Shown here: piece by piece, positions 49,214 through 61,874 of the stretch
Numbering within the stretch: position 1 is the stretch's first letter
How the letters are laid out: the number at the start of each line of letters is the position of its first letter
DNA from: Octopus sinensis
Lineage: Eukaryota
NCBI RefSeq assembly: GCF_006345805.1
Contig: NC_043017.1
Location: 10,912,001 to 10,976,000 of the forward strand
Length of the DNA: 64,000 nucleotides
Direction: 5' to 3'
Notes under the pieces: generated by a model
Seen by the model: the letters and a program-made list of their open reading frames with translations, nothing else
Told to the model about the DNA's origin: nothing
Databases searched by the model: none
Made by a program: the position numbers and the translations under genes

Positions 49214-52200
49214 TAAGGTATTGAGCTGGCGGAATCGTTAGCATGTTGGGTAAAATGCTTAACAGCATTTTGTTTGTCTTCACATTGAGTTCAAATTCCA
49301 CCGAGGTCAACTTTGCCTTTCATCCTTTCGGGGTCAATAAATTAAGTACCAGTCAAGCACTGGGGTCGATGTTATAAACTAGTCCCCTCCTACCAAATTT
49401 CAGGCCTTGTACCTTTAGCAGAAAAGATTATTATTGCTGTTGTTGTTGTTATTATTATTATTATTAATTGGCTTAATCATTAGTGTGTCAGACAAAATGC
49501 TTTGCAGTATTATTTCTATTGGGTTTTTTAATTCTGAGTTCAAATTCTGCCGAGGTCAACTTTGCCCTTTGTCCTTCTGGGGTTGATAAATTAAGTACCG
49601 GTTAAGCACCGGGGTAAATAAAATCAATTTACCCCCTTCCCGTAACTGATGACCTATTGGCCAAAATTTGAAATCATTATTATTATTATTATTATTATTA
49701 TTGTTATTGTTGTTGTTGTGTAAGGCAGTCGAATTGTTAGCATGCTGGACAAAATGCTTAGTGCAATTTCCCTTTGCCCTTTACGTTCTGAGTTCAAATT
49801 CTGCCAAGGTCACTTCTGTTTTTCGTCCTTTTGGGGTTGATAAAAATGGAAAGGACTAATATTATCATCAAGGTAGCAGGTTGGCAGAACGAAATGCTTT
49901 GCAGTATTTGTTCCAGTTGTTTGTCTTCTGAGTTCAAATACCACTGATGTCAACTCTACTTCTCATCCCTTCACAGGGCTGATAAAATAAAGTGCCAGTA
50001 AAATACTGGAGTCATTACAACACTGGAATAACCATTAAGCAAAATAAGCATGTGCTTAGGGCATGAAGGTAAATGGTAAATGGTTTCTGGTACCAAAGAA
50101 ATAATTTTGAACTTGCTAAAAGAATATTTGGAATAGCTTATCTCTATTAAGTATAGAAGATCTGTTATGTGAGATTAATTTTGAGGATTTTATCAAAGAT
50201 TTTGCTTTTAAAAAAAAAAATAGGAGAAAACTTTTCAAATATAAATAAAATGGAATTCTGCAAAAATAAACATTATCTGCCTTCTTAATGTTATTTTGCT
50301 TCGTTTTGAAAAACGAAAATAATTTATGGCTTATAATTGTTTGTGTTTTAGATTACGTAAACATAGAGGAGCCCTGAAATGTTTTTAAGGGCTTAGGTCG
50401 TTGATGGGCCTTAATCCAGCCCTGGGTCGATGTACTCAACTATCCGTCTCCCTTTAAAATTGCTGGCCTTGAGCCAAAATTCAAAACAATTATTGTTGTT
50501 GTTGGTATTATCGTCATCAAACCAAAAGGGAGTGTCTTTCCACTGACTCACTTTGTTAAAATACAAATATGTTTTCGTTTCTGATTGTATCGCCATAACA
50601 ACACAAATTATGATAACTCTGCCCTTCTCTCCCCCTCCCCATCATTGTTATGTTTCATAAACTTTGTATGCCCACCCACCCTCATCTGAAATATTCCAGG
50701 CTTCATGAATAAATAAAGAACAAAAGAAATCATTATTAACAATAATAATAATGGTATTATATTATTATTATTATCATCATCGTCGTCGTTGTCGTCATCA
50801 TTATTATCATCATCGTCGTCATCATTATCATCATCATCATCATCATCTCCATCATCATCATCATCATCATCTTCATCATGATCATTATTATTATTATTAT
50901 TATTATTATGGGTGGTGGTTGGCAGAATTGTTTGGAGCATCAGGAGAAAATGCTCTGCAGTATTTGTTTTTGCTCTTTATATTCTGAGTTCAAATCCTGC
51001 CAAGGTCGACTTTGACTCTGATCCTGACAGGGTCGATAAAACAAAGTACCAGTCTAGAACTGGGTACACCGGTGTTGGCTAACCCCCACCTCCCCCTCAA
51101 AACTGCAAACCTTCTGCCAAAATGCTTAGCAGAATTCTTCCAACTTTTTACATTTTCAGTTCATATGTGTGTTCGTGTGTCTCTGTTATACAAACAGTGT
51201 TGTTCATTTGCAATCTTCTCTGAATGTCTGACAATGGAGGAATATTACTTTGCTTGGAAACAGGTGAGGATTGGCAGAAGGGCATCCAACTGGCAGAATC
51301 CGAGAAAATGTTTAGAAGCACTTTATCTGGTGCTTTGCATTCTGAGTTCAAATTCCACGGAACTTGACTTTGCCTTTCATCCTTATTTCTTTATTACCCA
51401 CAAGGGGCTAAACTTAGAGGGACAAACAAGGACAGACAGAGTTATTAAGTCGATTACATCGACCCCAGTGCGTAACTAGTTCTTATTTAATCGACCCCGA
51501 AAGGATGAAAGGCAAAGTCGACCTCGGCAGAATTTGAACTCAGAACGTAACGGCAGATGAAATACTGCTAAGCATTTCGCCCGGCGTGCTAACGATTCTG
51601 CCAGCTCGCTGCCTTTTTGCCTTTCATCCTTTCTGGGTCAATAAGTACCAGTTGAGTATTGGTGGTCAGTGTAATCGACTTTCCCCTCTTCTCAAAATTG
51701 TTGGCCTTGTGGCAAAATTTGAAACAATTGTTGTCATTATTATCATTAAGGTGGCACAAAGTGGCCAAATCGTTAGCATTGCTGGACGAACTGCTTAGCA
51801 ATATTTTGCCCATTGCTATGTTCTTGGCTCTAATTCTGCTGAGGTCGTCTTTGCTTTTCATCTTTTTGGGGTTTATAAATTTTCGGGGTTTGTAAGTTAA
51901 GTACCAGTTGAAGACTGGGGTCGATGTATTCGACTCATCCCCATCTTCCCCAAGCTGCCTCTGTGGGAAAAATTTGAAATAATTATTACTTTCGTTATTA
52001 AGACAGTAAACTGGCAGAATCGTTAGCACGATGGACAAAATTCTTGGTGGCATTTCATCCATCTCTATGTTCCGAGTTCAAATCCTTTCTGGGGTAGACT
52101 CTGCCTTTCATCTTTTCGGGATCAAGAAAATAAGTACCAGTTATGAACTGGGATCAATGTAATCAACTATACCCCTCCCCGAAAACTTCAGGCCTTGTAC

Positions 52201-52345
52201 CTATATTAAAAAGGATTATTATTATTATTATTATTATTTCTATTGATTATGGTGGTGAAATGGTGAAATGGCAGAATTCCTGGTGTGTCTGACTTAAATA
52301 CCTTTCAGGATTTAGTTACGCTCTTTGATATGTTCTGAGTGCAAA
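49214..52345 (+). repeat. Cluster of about nine older B-related SINEs, mostly head-to-tail and separated by (TTA)n
   Basis: Repeated gagttcaaatt...ctttgcctttcatcc...gataaa units. A young minus-strand B copy is nested at ~51385-51615. Confidence 0.8.
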
Positions 52346-52656
52346 CGAACCAGATTGAAACCTGAATCTGTTGCTTGTCAGGCAAGCATGCTACCATTTA
52401 CAGTACTCAGAGATCTGGTGTCTTCACTGCCCCCCCCCCCCACCACCACCACCACCACCCCACCTCCACACTACTCTGCGCTCCCTCTCGCCCCCTTCTC
52501 TCCAAACCAGGGGGAGACAATCGTCACTTAAATTCCACTTGTTTTCTAGATTTCTTGTTTGACCTCAAATTGTTTGTTTACACATGTTGAATAAACATTG
52601 TTTTGTGTGTGTGTGTATTTATGTATGTTTGTGTATGTGTATATATACATACGTAC

Positions 52657-52693
<37 letters not shown>

Positions 52694-53456
52694 GTGTATC
52701 TATGTGTATGTATATGTGTGTATTTATGTATATTTGTGTGTGTGTATACTCATAGCTACACAGAGACTTATTTGCTTATACATTCATAAAATAGCTGAAT
52801 GTATGAGGAACAAAATGGTAATTCTTAATTTCTTTTACACCATCTGTGTGTGTGTGTGTGTTGTATTTGGTTTGCAAGATTCTTGATGTGACCTTGTGTG
52901 TTGAAATATATTTCGTTATGTCGTGGGGCAACTTTTTTTTTTCTTCTGCCATTTCCATCTGCTATCACAACCAACGTCACTGCTACAGTTGTGGTCAGCA
53001 TTACCACCACCACCACCACTCACACTTGACCCTCTTCAGATACAACTAATCATCGACGTCCACAACATAGGTCTGTTTTCCATACTGGCATGAGTTGGAT
53101 GGTCTGATCAGAACTGACAAGGTCAAGGGCCACACAGGCTCCATTGTCTGTTCTCTCATGGTTTCTACAAGTGGATGCCCTTCCTAATGCCAACCATTTC
53201 ACAGAGTGTACTGGGGGCTTTTAACATGACACCAACCCAAGTGCTTTACATGTGACACTAGCACAATTCTACTGTGTATATATGTATGTGTGTATGTATA
53301 TCTGTCTGTCTCATCATTTACTAAGTTAATGTCCATTTTCCCATGCTAGCATTGGTCAGACTTGTATTATTTCGGTGCGTCATACAACTGGGTGCTCTTC
53401 CTGTTGCTCTTGTAGCCAACTGCCATTTGTTTCCAAGTGGTTTCTAATAATCTTAC

Positions 53457-53882
53457 AGGCACAGGAGTGGCTGTGTGGTAAGTAGCTTGCTTACCAACCA
53501 CATGGTTCCGGGTTCAGTCCCACTGCATGGCACCCTGGGCAAGTGTCTTCTATTATAGTCTCGGGCCAACCAAAGCCTTGTGAGTGGATTTGGTTGATGG
53601 AAACTGAATGAAGCCCATCGTATATATATGTGTATATATAATATATATATATATGTATGTATGTATGTGTATATGTTTGTGTGTCCGTGTTTGTCCCCCC
53701 AACATCGCTTGATAACCGATGCTGGTGTGTTTACATCCTCGTAAATTACCAAGACGGCAAAAGAACTGATAAAATAAGTACTAAACTTGCAAAGAATAAG
53801 TCCTGGGGTCAATTTGCTTGACTAAAGGCGGTGCTCCAGCATGACTGCAGTCAAATGACTGAAACAAGTAAAAAGTAAAAGA
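53457..53882 (+). mobile_element. SINE family A
   Basis: Family match. Confidence 0.9.
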
Positions 53883-54329
53883 ATGTACAAACACCAAACA
53901 TTCTGGACCTGTTCGCATGGATCACTGGAAGCGAATGTCATTTCATGAATGAGGCTTTTGGCCACAAAGATCACACAAAACATGTCAAAGCATAATCCAG
54001 AAGCCTAGATGTACTTTAATGATGGGCTACAAGCAATTAATACCATCAACAAAACCATTGTTTTATTAACACACACACACTTCTGTGTGATGGTGTGTGG
54101 TCCAGTTGCTAGGATATTGCAATCGCAATTATGAGATTGTAGTTTCAATTCCCAGACTGGGCCATGTGTTGTGTTCTTGAGCAAAATGCTTCATTCCACA
54201 TCATTCCAGTCCAATCAGCTGTAGATGGGTGACCCTGCCACAGACTGGCTTTCTTTTCAGGGAAAATGTCCACTTCCCTGCCTAACCTGTGGGTTGGCAT
54301 CCTTCAAATATCTGGTTGTTACCGTGTGG

Positions 54330-54701
54330 TGTATAAATTATCAACCATCTTACAAACAATAACTCTGAGCACCTTTTCAAACTCCACCTGTCTAACACCC
54401 GTGGATATATTTACAAAGTCAGAAAACAGCACAGCTCCCATGACTTTAGGAAAAATTTTTTCACGCTGAGAGTTGCTGAAGCATGGAACAAACTGCCGGC
54501 ATCAGTTTTTAGTTGTCGGAGCATTGCATCCTTCAAACTTCCATGCTTTCTGAGATTCGCCAACACTACACCTGATTTTCTCCCCTCCATACACACACAA
54601 GCATGTATCTGACTCATACATTGTTCGCTTTCCAGACATTTGTACATTACTGCATATGCTTTATACGCACTTTCTGACAAGTTGTGTTGCACCTGAGCAC
54701 T
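54330..54701 (+). mobile_element. CR1/L2-clade LINE 3' end, second copy
   Basis: Near-identical to 27288-27666 in the opposite orientation. Extends further 5' (YKIINHL). Confidence 0.85.
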
Positions 54702-54745
54702 TTTTTTTTTAAACATATATATATATGTTTTAAACATATATATAT

Positions 54746-55150
54746 AGGCGCAGGAGTGGCTGTGTGGTAAGTAGCTTGTTTACCAGCCACATGGTTCCGG
54801 GTTCAATCCCACTGCGTGGCACCTTGGGTAAGTGTCTTCTACTATAGCCTCAGGCCGACCAAAGCCTTGTGAGTGGATTTGGTAGACGGAAACTGAAAGA
54901 AGCCCGTCGTATATATGTATATATATATATATATATATGCGTGTGTGTGTTTGTGTGAGTGTGTTTGTCCCCCTAGCATTGCTTGACAACCGATGCTGGT
55001 GTGTTTATGTCCCCGTTACTTAGCGGTTCGGCAAAAGAGACCGATAGAATAAGTACTGGGCTTACAAAGAATAAGTCCCAGGGTCGATTTGCTCGACTAA
55101 AGGCGGTGCTCCAGCATGGCCGCAGTCAAATGACTGAAACAAGTAAAAGA
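54746..55150 (+). mobile_element. SINE family A
   Basis: Family match. Confidence 0.9.
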
Positions 55151-55160
55151 GAGTTAAAGA

Positions 55161-55202
<42 letters not shown>

Positions 55203-55597
55203 TCGACCTGCTTGTCTTAGCCAGTGGGGTGGTGTCATTCAAAAGCAAAAACAATGCAAAGCGCATGGTGGTCAGCGATGTGTAACAACATCCGACAGCC
55301 AGGCTGATTATCTGATATATACTCTATATAAAATGAACAACTGATTTATTTTTTGTTTAATAATCTGAATATTGTCTGCTTCCTTCTGTAGCATGTACAA
55401 TGTCTTTTCAGTTTCCTTATGCTGTACTTCATGCTGTACTCTATGTTGTACTTCTTTGTGTTATAATAATTGTCTTATGTTCTTGTTCCCTTTTCCTGAT
55501 GGTAAGTCCCTTTGCTGTTGTTGTTGTTGTCATCGTCTTTTTAGATGGCTTTCTACTGTTTCAGACCCTCTCACTGTATTTTTGAATAAACACGTTA

Positions 55598-55780
55598 TGT
55601 ATGTGTATGTATGTATGTATGTATGTATCTATCATCTATATGTATATATGTATGTATGTATATATATATATGTATGTATATATATATGTATATATGTTTG
55701 TATGTTTATATATATATATATATGTATATATGTTTGTATGTATATATATATATATATATGTATGTATATATGTTTGTATG

Positions 55781-55811
<31 letters not shown>

Positions 55812-56160
55812 ATATGTTTGTATGTGTATATATATATATATATATATGTATGTATATATATGTTTGTATGTATATATATATGTATATATATATATGTTTG
55901 TATGTATTATATATATATATGTATTATATATATATATATGTTTGTATTATATATATATGTATGTATATATATTATATGTATGTATGTATTATATATATAT
56001 ATATGTATATACATTTTTGTATGTATGTATATATATTTTTGTATGTATATATATATATATGTATATATAATATGTATGTATGTATGTATATGTACGTTTG
56101 TATGTATATATATATGTTTGTATGTATATATATGTATCTATGTATATGTATGTATATGTT
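55598..56160. repeat. Compound TA/GTAT microsatellite
   Basis: Direct reading. Confidence 0.95.
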
Positions 56161-56220
56161 ACATTTCAAGTAATGTTTTACATGAATCTGGTTAATTTTC
56201 TTGTATTGTTCTCACAAGTC

Positions 56221-56250
<30 letters not shown>

Positions 56251-56254
<4 letters not shown>

Positions 56255-56670
56255 GTTTGACTTTTGCTTTGTATTCATACAAGTTGACTCCAAGTCTCAC
56301 CCAGAGACCTCAAGAGACAACAAGTTAGAAGTTCATGTTGGTGTTATGCTTACGGTGCCATATATTTGGATTTGTACATAGTGTTGTTCTAGAGAATGTT
56401 TAAGAAACCATAGCAAAATTGTGTTTGTTTTAAAACTTGAGATTACATAGAAAGTATTTTGCATAAGATATGGGCAGTTCCCATGAGCACTATCTTTTCA
56501 ATTTCTGCCATTTTGGGGTTCAATCAGCCCCTTTTGCTATCATTCCCAGTGCACCTATGACAACAGGTATTGTTTTAGTCTTCCACATTTTGCTAATTTC
56601 TATTCCAAGGTCTTTATATTTGCTCAGTTTTTGGTAGGTCTTCACAGATACATTTATATCAATTGGGATA
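56251..56670 (-). mobile_element. R4/Dong-like non-LTR retrotransposon remnant (restriction-like endonuclease C-terminus) within a TAA microsatellite
   Basis: Minus strand IPIDINVSVKTYQKLSKYKDLGIEISKMWKTKTIPVVIGALG...EIEKIVLMGTAHILCKILSM*. (TTA)n lies on both sides. Confidence 0.82.
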
Positions 56671-57040
56671 TATTATTATTATTATGTTAGGCAGTGAGCT
56701 GGCAGAATTGTTAGCACACCAGGCAAAATGCTTAGCAGCATTTCATCTGTCTTTGTTCTGGGTTCAAATTCCACTGATGTCGACTTTTTTCGTTTCAGCC
56801 TTTTAGGGTGATAAAATAAGTACCTGTTGAATACTGGGGTCATTGTAATCAACTGACCCCTTCCCTGCAAAATTTCAAACTTTGTGCCTATAAATACAAA
56901 GGACTACTACTACTACTACTATCATTATTATTACTACCAAGAAAAGATCTTTATGTTCCTCTTGTTCCTTCTTTCTTTTCTATCCCTTTCCTGAGCCCTT
57001 TACTTCTGACCTTTCATGCCTTTTCTGTTTCTACTTTCAG

Positions 57041-57109
57041 TGCCTTCAAGGTACACAACGCTGGCACCACATTCTACTTTGCCTCTGAACGTCAAGATGA
57101 CATGAGCAA
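57041..57109 (+). CDS. CNKSR: PH domain exon (F-AFKVHNAGTTFYFASERQDDMS), phase 2-2
   Basis: Matches the PH motif AFK...FYFAAE...DM. Acceptor ctactttcag, donor gtaagg. Confidence 0.93.
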
Positions 57110-57260
57110 GTAAGGAACTCCGTTTTGTTTTTTTTTCTCTTCTGTCCTCTGCTGTTTGTTTCTCCGTGTGTGTATTCATGTCTATTGTGTTATATATAAT
57201 GTGTATGTTCGTGTGTGTGTGTGTGTGTATATATGTATATATATATATATATATATATAC

Positions 57261-57562
57261 GTGGAGGCGCAATGGCCCAATGGTTAGGGCAGCGGACTCG
57301 CGGTCGTAGGATCACGGTTTCATTTCCCAGACCGGGTGTTGTGAGTGTTTATTGAGCGAAAACACCTAAAGCTCCACAAGGCTCCGGCAGTGGGTGGTGG
57401 CAGTCCCTGCTGTACTGTTTCGCCACAACTTTCTCTCACTCTTTCTTCTGTTGGCTTCCTCGCTTAGCCAGTGGGGCGGCGTCATTTGAAGGCTAAAACA
57501 ATGCGAAGCGCATTGTGACCAGCGATGTGTAGCAACATCTGATAGCCTGGTCGATCACGGTG

Positions 57563-57564
<2 letters not shown>
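57261..57564 (+). mobile_element. tRNA(Arg)-like-headed SINE family C in a TA repeat
   Basis: Head ggcgcaatggcccaatggttagggcagcggactcg resembles a tRNA 5' half. A 3' fragment of the same family lies at ~55205-55310. Confidence 0.8.
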
Positions 57565-57595
<31 letters not shown>

Positions 57596-58130
57596 TAGTG
57601 TATCCATTTTATATGTATGTGATTGGCACTCTGTCAGTTATGTCCATTTGATCCGATCAAGGGAGCAGCTTGCTTGTGAAATTAATGTGCAAGTGGCTGA
57701 GTACTCCACAGTCACACGTGTGCCCTTAATACATTTCTGATCTAGATTCAGTGAGACACAGAATGTGACATGGCTGGCTCCTTTCAATTACAAGGGCAAT
57801 TCATTTTTGCCAGCTGAGTGGACTGGAGAAATGTGAAGTAAAGTGTTTTGCTTAAGGACATGGGGCATCACCAGGAATTGAACTCATGATCTTACGATTG
57901 TAAGCTGAACACCCTAACCACTGATCCACACATTTTATGCATGTGTGTATGTATGTCTCCTGTGAGTGTGTATGTGTGTGCATGTGTGTGTGTGTGCTTG
58001 TGTATGCATGTTTATTGTGGATATCTCACTGCAATATTCCAAGTAGATTCTAAATAACACACTCCTAGTTATATCATTGTTATAAATTTTTAATTATTCT
58101 CTCTCTCTCTGTCTCTCCTCTTTATCCTAG

Positions 58131-58243
58131 GTGGATGAACAAGATGGGATTAGCTGCTATTAACTATGATATGTCGAATGTTAGCACAACAGGAGGTTTT
58201 ATAAAACCCGACAAACCAGTCAACACCCCTCATGCTGTACAAA
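58131..58243 (+). CDS. CNKSR: PH C-terminal helix and linker exon (K-WMNKMGLAAINYDMSNVSTTGGFIKPDKPVNTPHAVQ), phase 2-1
   Basis: Contains the invariant PH Trp. Acceptor tttatcctag, donor gtaagt. Confidence 0.92.
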
Positions 58244-59780
58244 GTAAGTATAACTTTACATCCTCTTTTAGAGTCGTTGATTTCATCTTCATTCCATGTC
58301 AATTTTCTCACCCTACAATGGATCAGATGGATTTTCATTGTCCAAGCCAGCTCTTATTCAGTGTTAGGGCCTCCCTGCTACAGCCCACATAGATGACGTC
58401 CTTCCCTTGGCATATAGTTTCTATGGTTGGATGCCCTTCCTAACCTGATCTACTTCATAGAGTCTGCTATATGTATTTTCTTGTGACACCAACATTAGTG
58501 AGGTTGTCATGTCCTCAGCTAGACCACATTGTCCTCCAGTATGTCTTTGTTCACCAACCACTTTACAGAATCTACTGTTTGTATCCTGCCACCAGCACCA
58601 GAGACATCCATTTCCTCAACAGGACCCTGTAGTCCTTTCTTCTGCTGCAACAGTGTTAAGATGCCTGCATTTACTTAGATTCCGCTGGAGCAAACGAAGG
58701 TATACAGCAGCAATACTCTGACAGGAGATCATTGAGTTTCTGCTACCATTTTCAGTGTCTTCAATCAGAAACTGGTATAATTGGGTTTGGCGGTTGGTGA
58801 AGACGATGGATTTTTTTGTTTGTTTTATATGTTCTATACACAATGCGCACTCAGTGTGTTTTGTAATGGCCCTGACACTAAGAGAGGTTACCTTATCCTC
58901 AGTGAGGGAGATTTGGCTGCTTTTTTTTCAGACTTAGTGTATCTAGCACTAGTTTTTCGAGTATGTTTATTTGTTTCTAAATTGGTGACAAATAAATTCG
59001 GGGAAATTTAGCTGCTGTTTTTAATAGGTCAAGCAAGTAAATAGAAACTGCATCGTTGATAAACATTCACCAAAAGATGATGTGTGGAACAAAATATAAC
59101 AGTTTTTTTGGAGGTTTGCCGAGCAAGGGATTTGATCTGAGATCTGGTTTTGTTGAAAATAAAATGATTGCCTCACAGAAGACACACACATAAGCCATTT
59201 GAAAACACACAAAGACTGACACCAAATAAACTGATGTGAAGTCTTTGTGTATTTTCGAATGGTTAATATGTCTTCGATATCACAATCGGATTTTCTCAGG
59301 CAACATTTTGTTTGGTGGAAAGTCAGCTTCTCAAGGGAGATAATGTGTGAATAATTTCTTTCCCGCCTGTTTTATTAAGAGACCTCATTCATGTTTGCCA
59401 GCGTTTCTCTCTCACACTTTCAATTCCTAAATAGAGGATATTATCGATTGAAGTTTTTAAAATTTTACACGGACAAGGCCATCATCAAAGGAAAGTGAAT
59501 ATTTTACAGCAGTTTTCAATAATGAGATTGTAAATTTTGTGCAAGATTAACAAATTACTCCAGTTTTTATACTTTGAATATTAAAGTGAAAATAAGTTTT
59601 AAAAATTGCCCTTAAGAAAAAGAAAGAATTTTTTTTTGCTTGTTCGGTACACACATCTATGCAACCTTTTCCTGCTTTTTAAGGGTTAAAACATGGGGCT
59701 AACATTTTGAATAAATTTTTGCTTCAAGGAAATTTATTTGCTAAAATTTTGCTTGTAAAACCTGGTTTTTGCTCTTTCAG

Positions 59781-59864
59781 CTGATGTCTACTACAGTGAA
59801 AGTGAAGATGACAATGATGATACAAGCTCCCATCAGGAACTTTCAGAACATTCCGAAGGAAAAG
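59781..59864 (+). CDS. CNKSR: Acidic exon (T-DVYYSESEDDNDDTSSHQELSEHSEGK), phase 1-1
   Basis: YSESE motif follows the PH domain in CNK/IPCEF1. Acceptor gctctttcag, donor AAG|gtaaac. Confidence 0.88.
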
Positions 59865-60284
59865 GTAAACATCATTTCTCATTATTAATCCCTGTCTTCA
59901 GTGTGAGATGTAGGCAGAATCAGTAGAGCATCATACGAAATGTGATGTTCATGTCTCTATATGTTTTAATTTGGAATCTCACTGAGGTCCACCTTGCCTT
60001 TCCGCTCTGTCTGTGCTCTACTAGGGGGTGGGGGGTGGACTGAATTGATTGAAACAACTTCTGGAATTTCTGGCCTTGTACCTATGTTTGATGTTAAATT
60101 CGTTTGAACAAAGCTGATAGTTTATCCTCTCAGGTAATTACTTTATGTGAAACCAAAGGTACCACACGAGTGCATCACTCTTTGACTCATCTGGAGAACT
60201 GGACAGATACATGTGTTCATCAGAAAGGCTAGAGAGGAATGGGATTTGCAAACAACCTTTTCTTTATTCCACTTTAGGAAACTG

Positions 60285-60711
60285 GGATCTTTTCAGTTTG
60301 AACGGTAGTTTTTTAAAATAATTTCCACGTAACTAAACACTTTTAAACTTCGTGTACTGATAGAATGTGTTTATAAAACATCTTTTTCTCTTGGCTTTAT
60401 TGAGAAAATTCTATAGTTTGTAAGATATTTGTTGTTTTTTTTTTCTTCAATTTCTGCAATTTCAACCAATCAATGACGTCTATTGAGGTGAAAACATTCT
60501 GTGCCGTATGAATATGTCCCTCGTTTAAGAAACAGATTGAGTTTATTTACATTTCTGAAGAAAAAAAAGATACCCTTCCCTCACCCTAACTCTAACCAAC
60601 CTTAACCCTAAAACAGATTGAAATGCAATAGATCGAAACTAGGTCATAATTATGGGTGACAATGTCATATGACACCGCTAGAAAAAAATGCCATTCACAC
60701 CGAAAAGATCC
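60285..60711. mobile_element. Non-autonomous DNA transposon with GG-terminal TIRs and an 8-bp TSD (Merlin-like by inference)
   Basis: TIR ggatcttttcagtttgaacgg versus the reverse-complemented right end ggatcttttcggtgtgaatgg; perfect TSD ggaaactg at 60277-60284 and 60712-60719. Confidence 0.8.
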
Positions 60712-60914
60712 GGAAACTGTGTAAAGTGTTTGATGAAGGAATGCCACAACTTCATGTATTTGGTGTTGGTCATCTTTGATCTGTTCTAATGGGAAATCAC
60801 AACCACATATACATAAATGCATAAACATAGATGGACATGCATGTGCGCACGCACGCACAGTGGTGGTGGTGGTGGTGGGGAGGAAGAAGGTGTTAACGTG
60901 CTGTTGATTTGTGC

Positions 60915-61200
60915 ATTCGTTAAAACGTGCCGTCTCGACTGGTTTCCGTGCAGGTGGCACGTAAAATGCACCAATCCGACCGTGGCCGATGCCAGCCTCA
61001 CCTGGCACCAGTGCAGGTGGCACGCAAAAAGCACCCACTACACTCACGGAGTGGTTGGCGTTAGGAAGGGCATCCAGCTGTAGAAACACTGCCAGATAAG
61101 ACTGGAGCCTGGTGCAGCCTTCTGGCTTCCCAGATCCCCGGTCGAACCGTCCAACCTATGCCAGCATGGAAAACGGACGTTAAACGATGATGATGATTGA
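60915..61200 (+). mobile_element. RTE LINE 3' UTR copy
   Basis: Family 3' end and GAT tail. Confidence 0.8.
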
Positions 61201-61214
61201 AGACGATTATGCTA

Positions 61215-61379
61215 GGCGCAGGAGTGGCTGTGTGGTAAGTAGCTTGCTAACCAACCACATTGTTCCGGGTTCAGTCCCACTGCATGGCATCTTGGGCAAG
61301 TGTCTTCTGCTATAGCCCCGGGCCGACCAATGCCTTGTGAGTGGATTTGGTAGACGGAAACTGAAAGAAGCCTGTCGTA

Positions 61380-61447
<68 letters not shown>

Positions 61448-61651
61448 ATATGTATGTCTGTGTTTGTCCCCCTAGCATTGCTTGACAACCGATGCTGGTG
61501 TGTTTACGTCCCCGTCACTTAGCGGTTCGGCAAAAAGAGACCGATAGAATAAGTACTGGGCTTACAAAAGAATAAGTCCCGGGGTCGATTTGCTCGACTA
61601 AAAGGCGTTGCTCCAGCATGGCCGCAGTCAAATGACTGAAACAAGTAAAAG
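61215..61651 (+). mobile_element. SINE family A, young copy ending 33 nt before the 61684 exon
   Basis: Family match; tatgct occurs at both ends. Confidence 0.9.
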
Positions 61652-61683
61652 TATGCTGATGATGATGATGATTTGCATTGTAG

Positions 61684-61874
61684 ATTACGACAGCAGTAAT
61701 GACGACTTAAAGGAACTGTACAGACAACTCGAAAGACGGAATCTCACTATTGTTGGAACGGATCGAAACCAGCGGCGGAGGAGTCACATCCAGTCGGCCG
61801 ACATGAAGATGACGGTCTCTGACGAGCAAATCGACAGAATGAAAAGAATTTGTATATTGAAACGGTCATTAAAG
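61684..61874 (+). CDS. CNKSR: C-terminal region exon (D-YDSSNDDLKELYRQLERRNLTIVG...RMKRICILKRSLK), phase 1-0
   Basis: Resembles the CNKSR2 C-terminal helical region (LYKSLEQ...RLRILKSTLK). Donor AAG|gtcagt; the acceptor is weak. Confidence 0.88.

Noticed and set aside
57265-57340. tRNA gene
   Set aside because: It is the tRNA-derived head of a SINE; there is no complete cloverleaf or acceptor stem.
58950-59689. Possible piggyBac derivative (aagggttaa end; Cys-rich CSANLQKNCYILFHT on the minus strand)
   Set aside because: The second terminus was not found and the similarity is too short.
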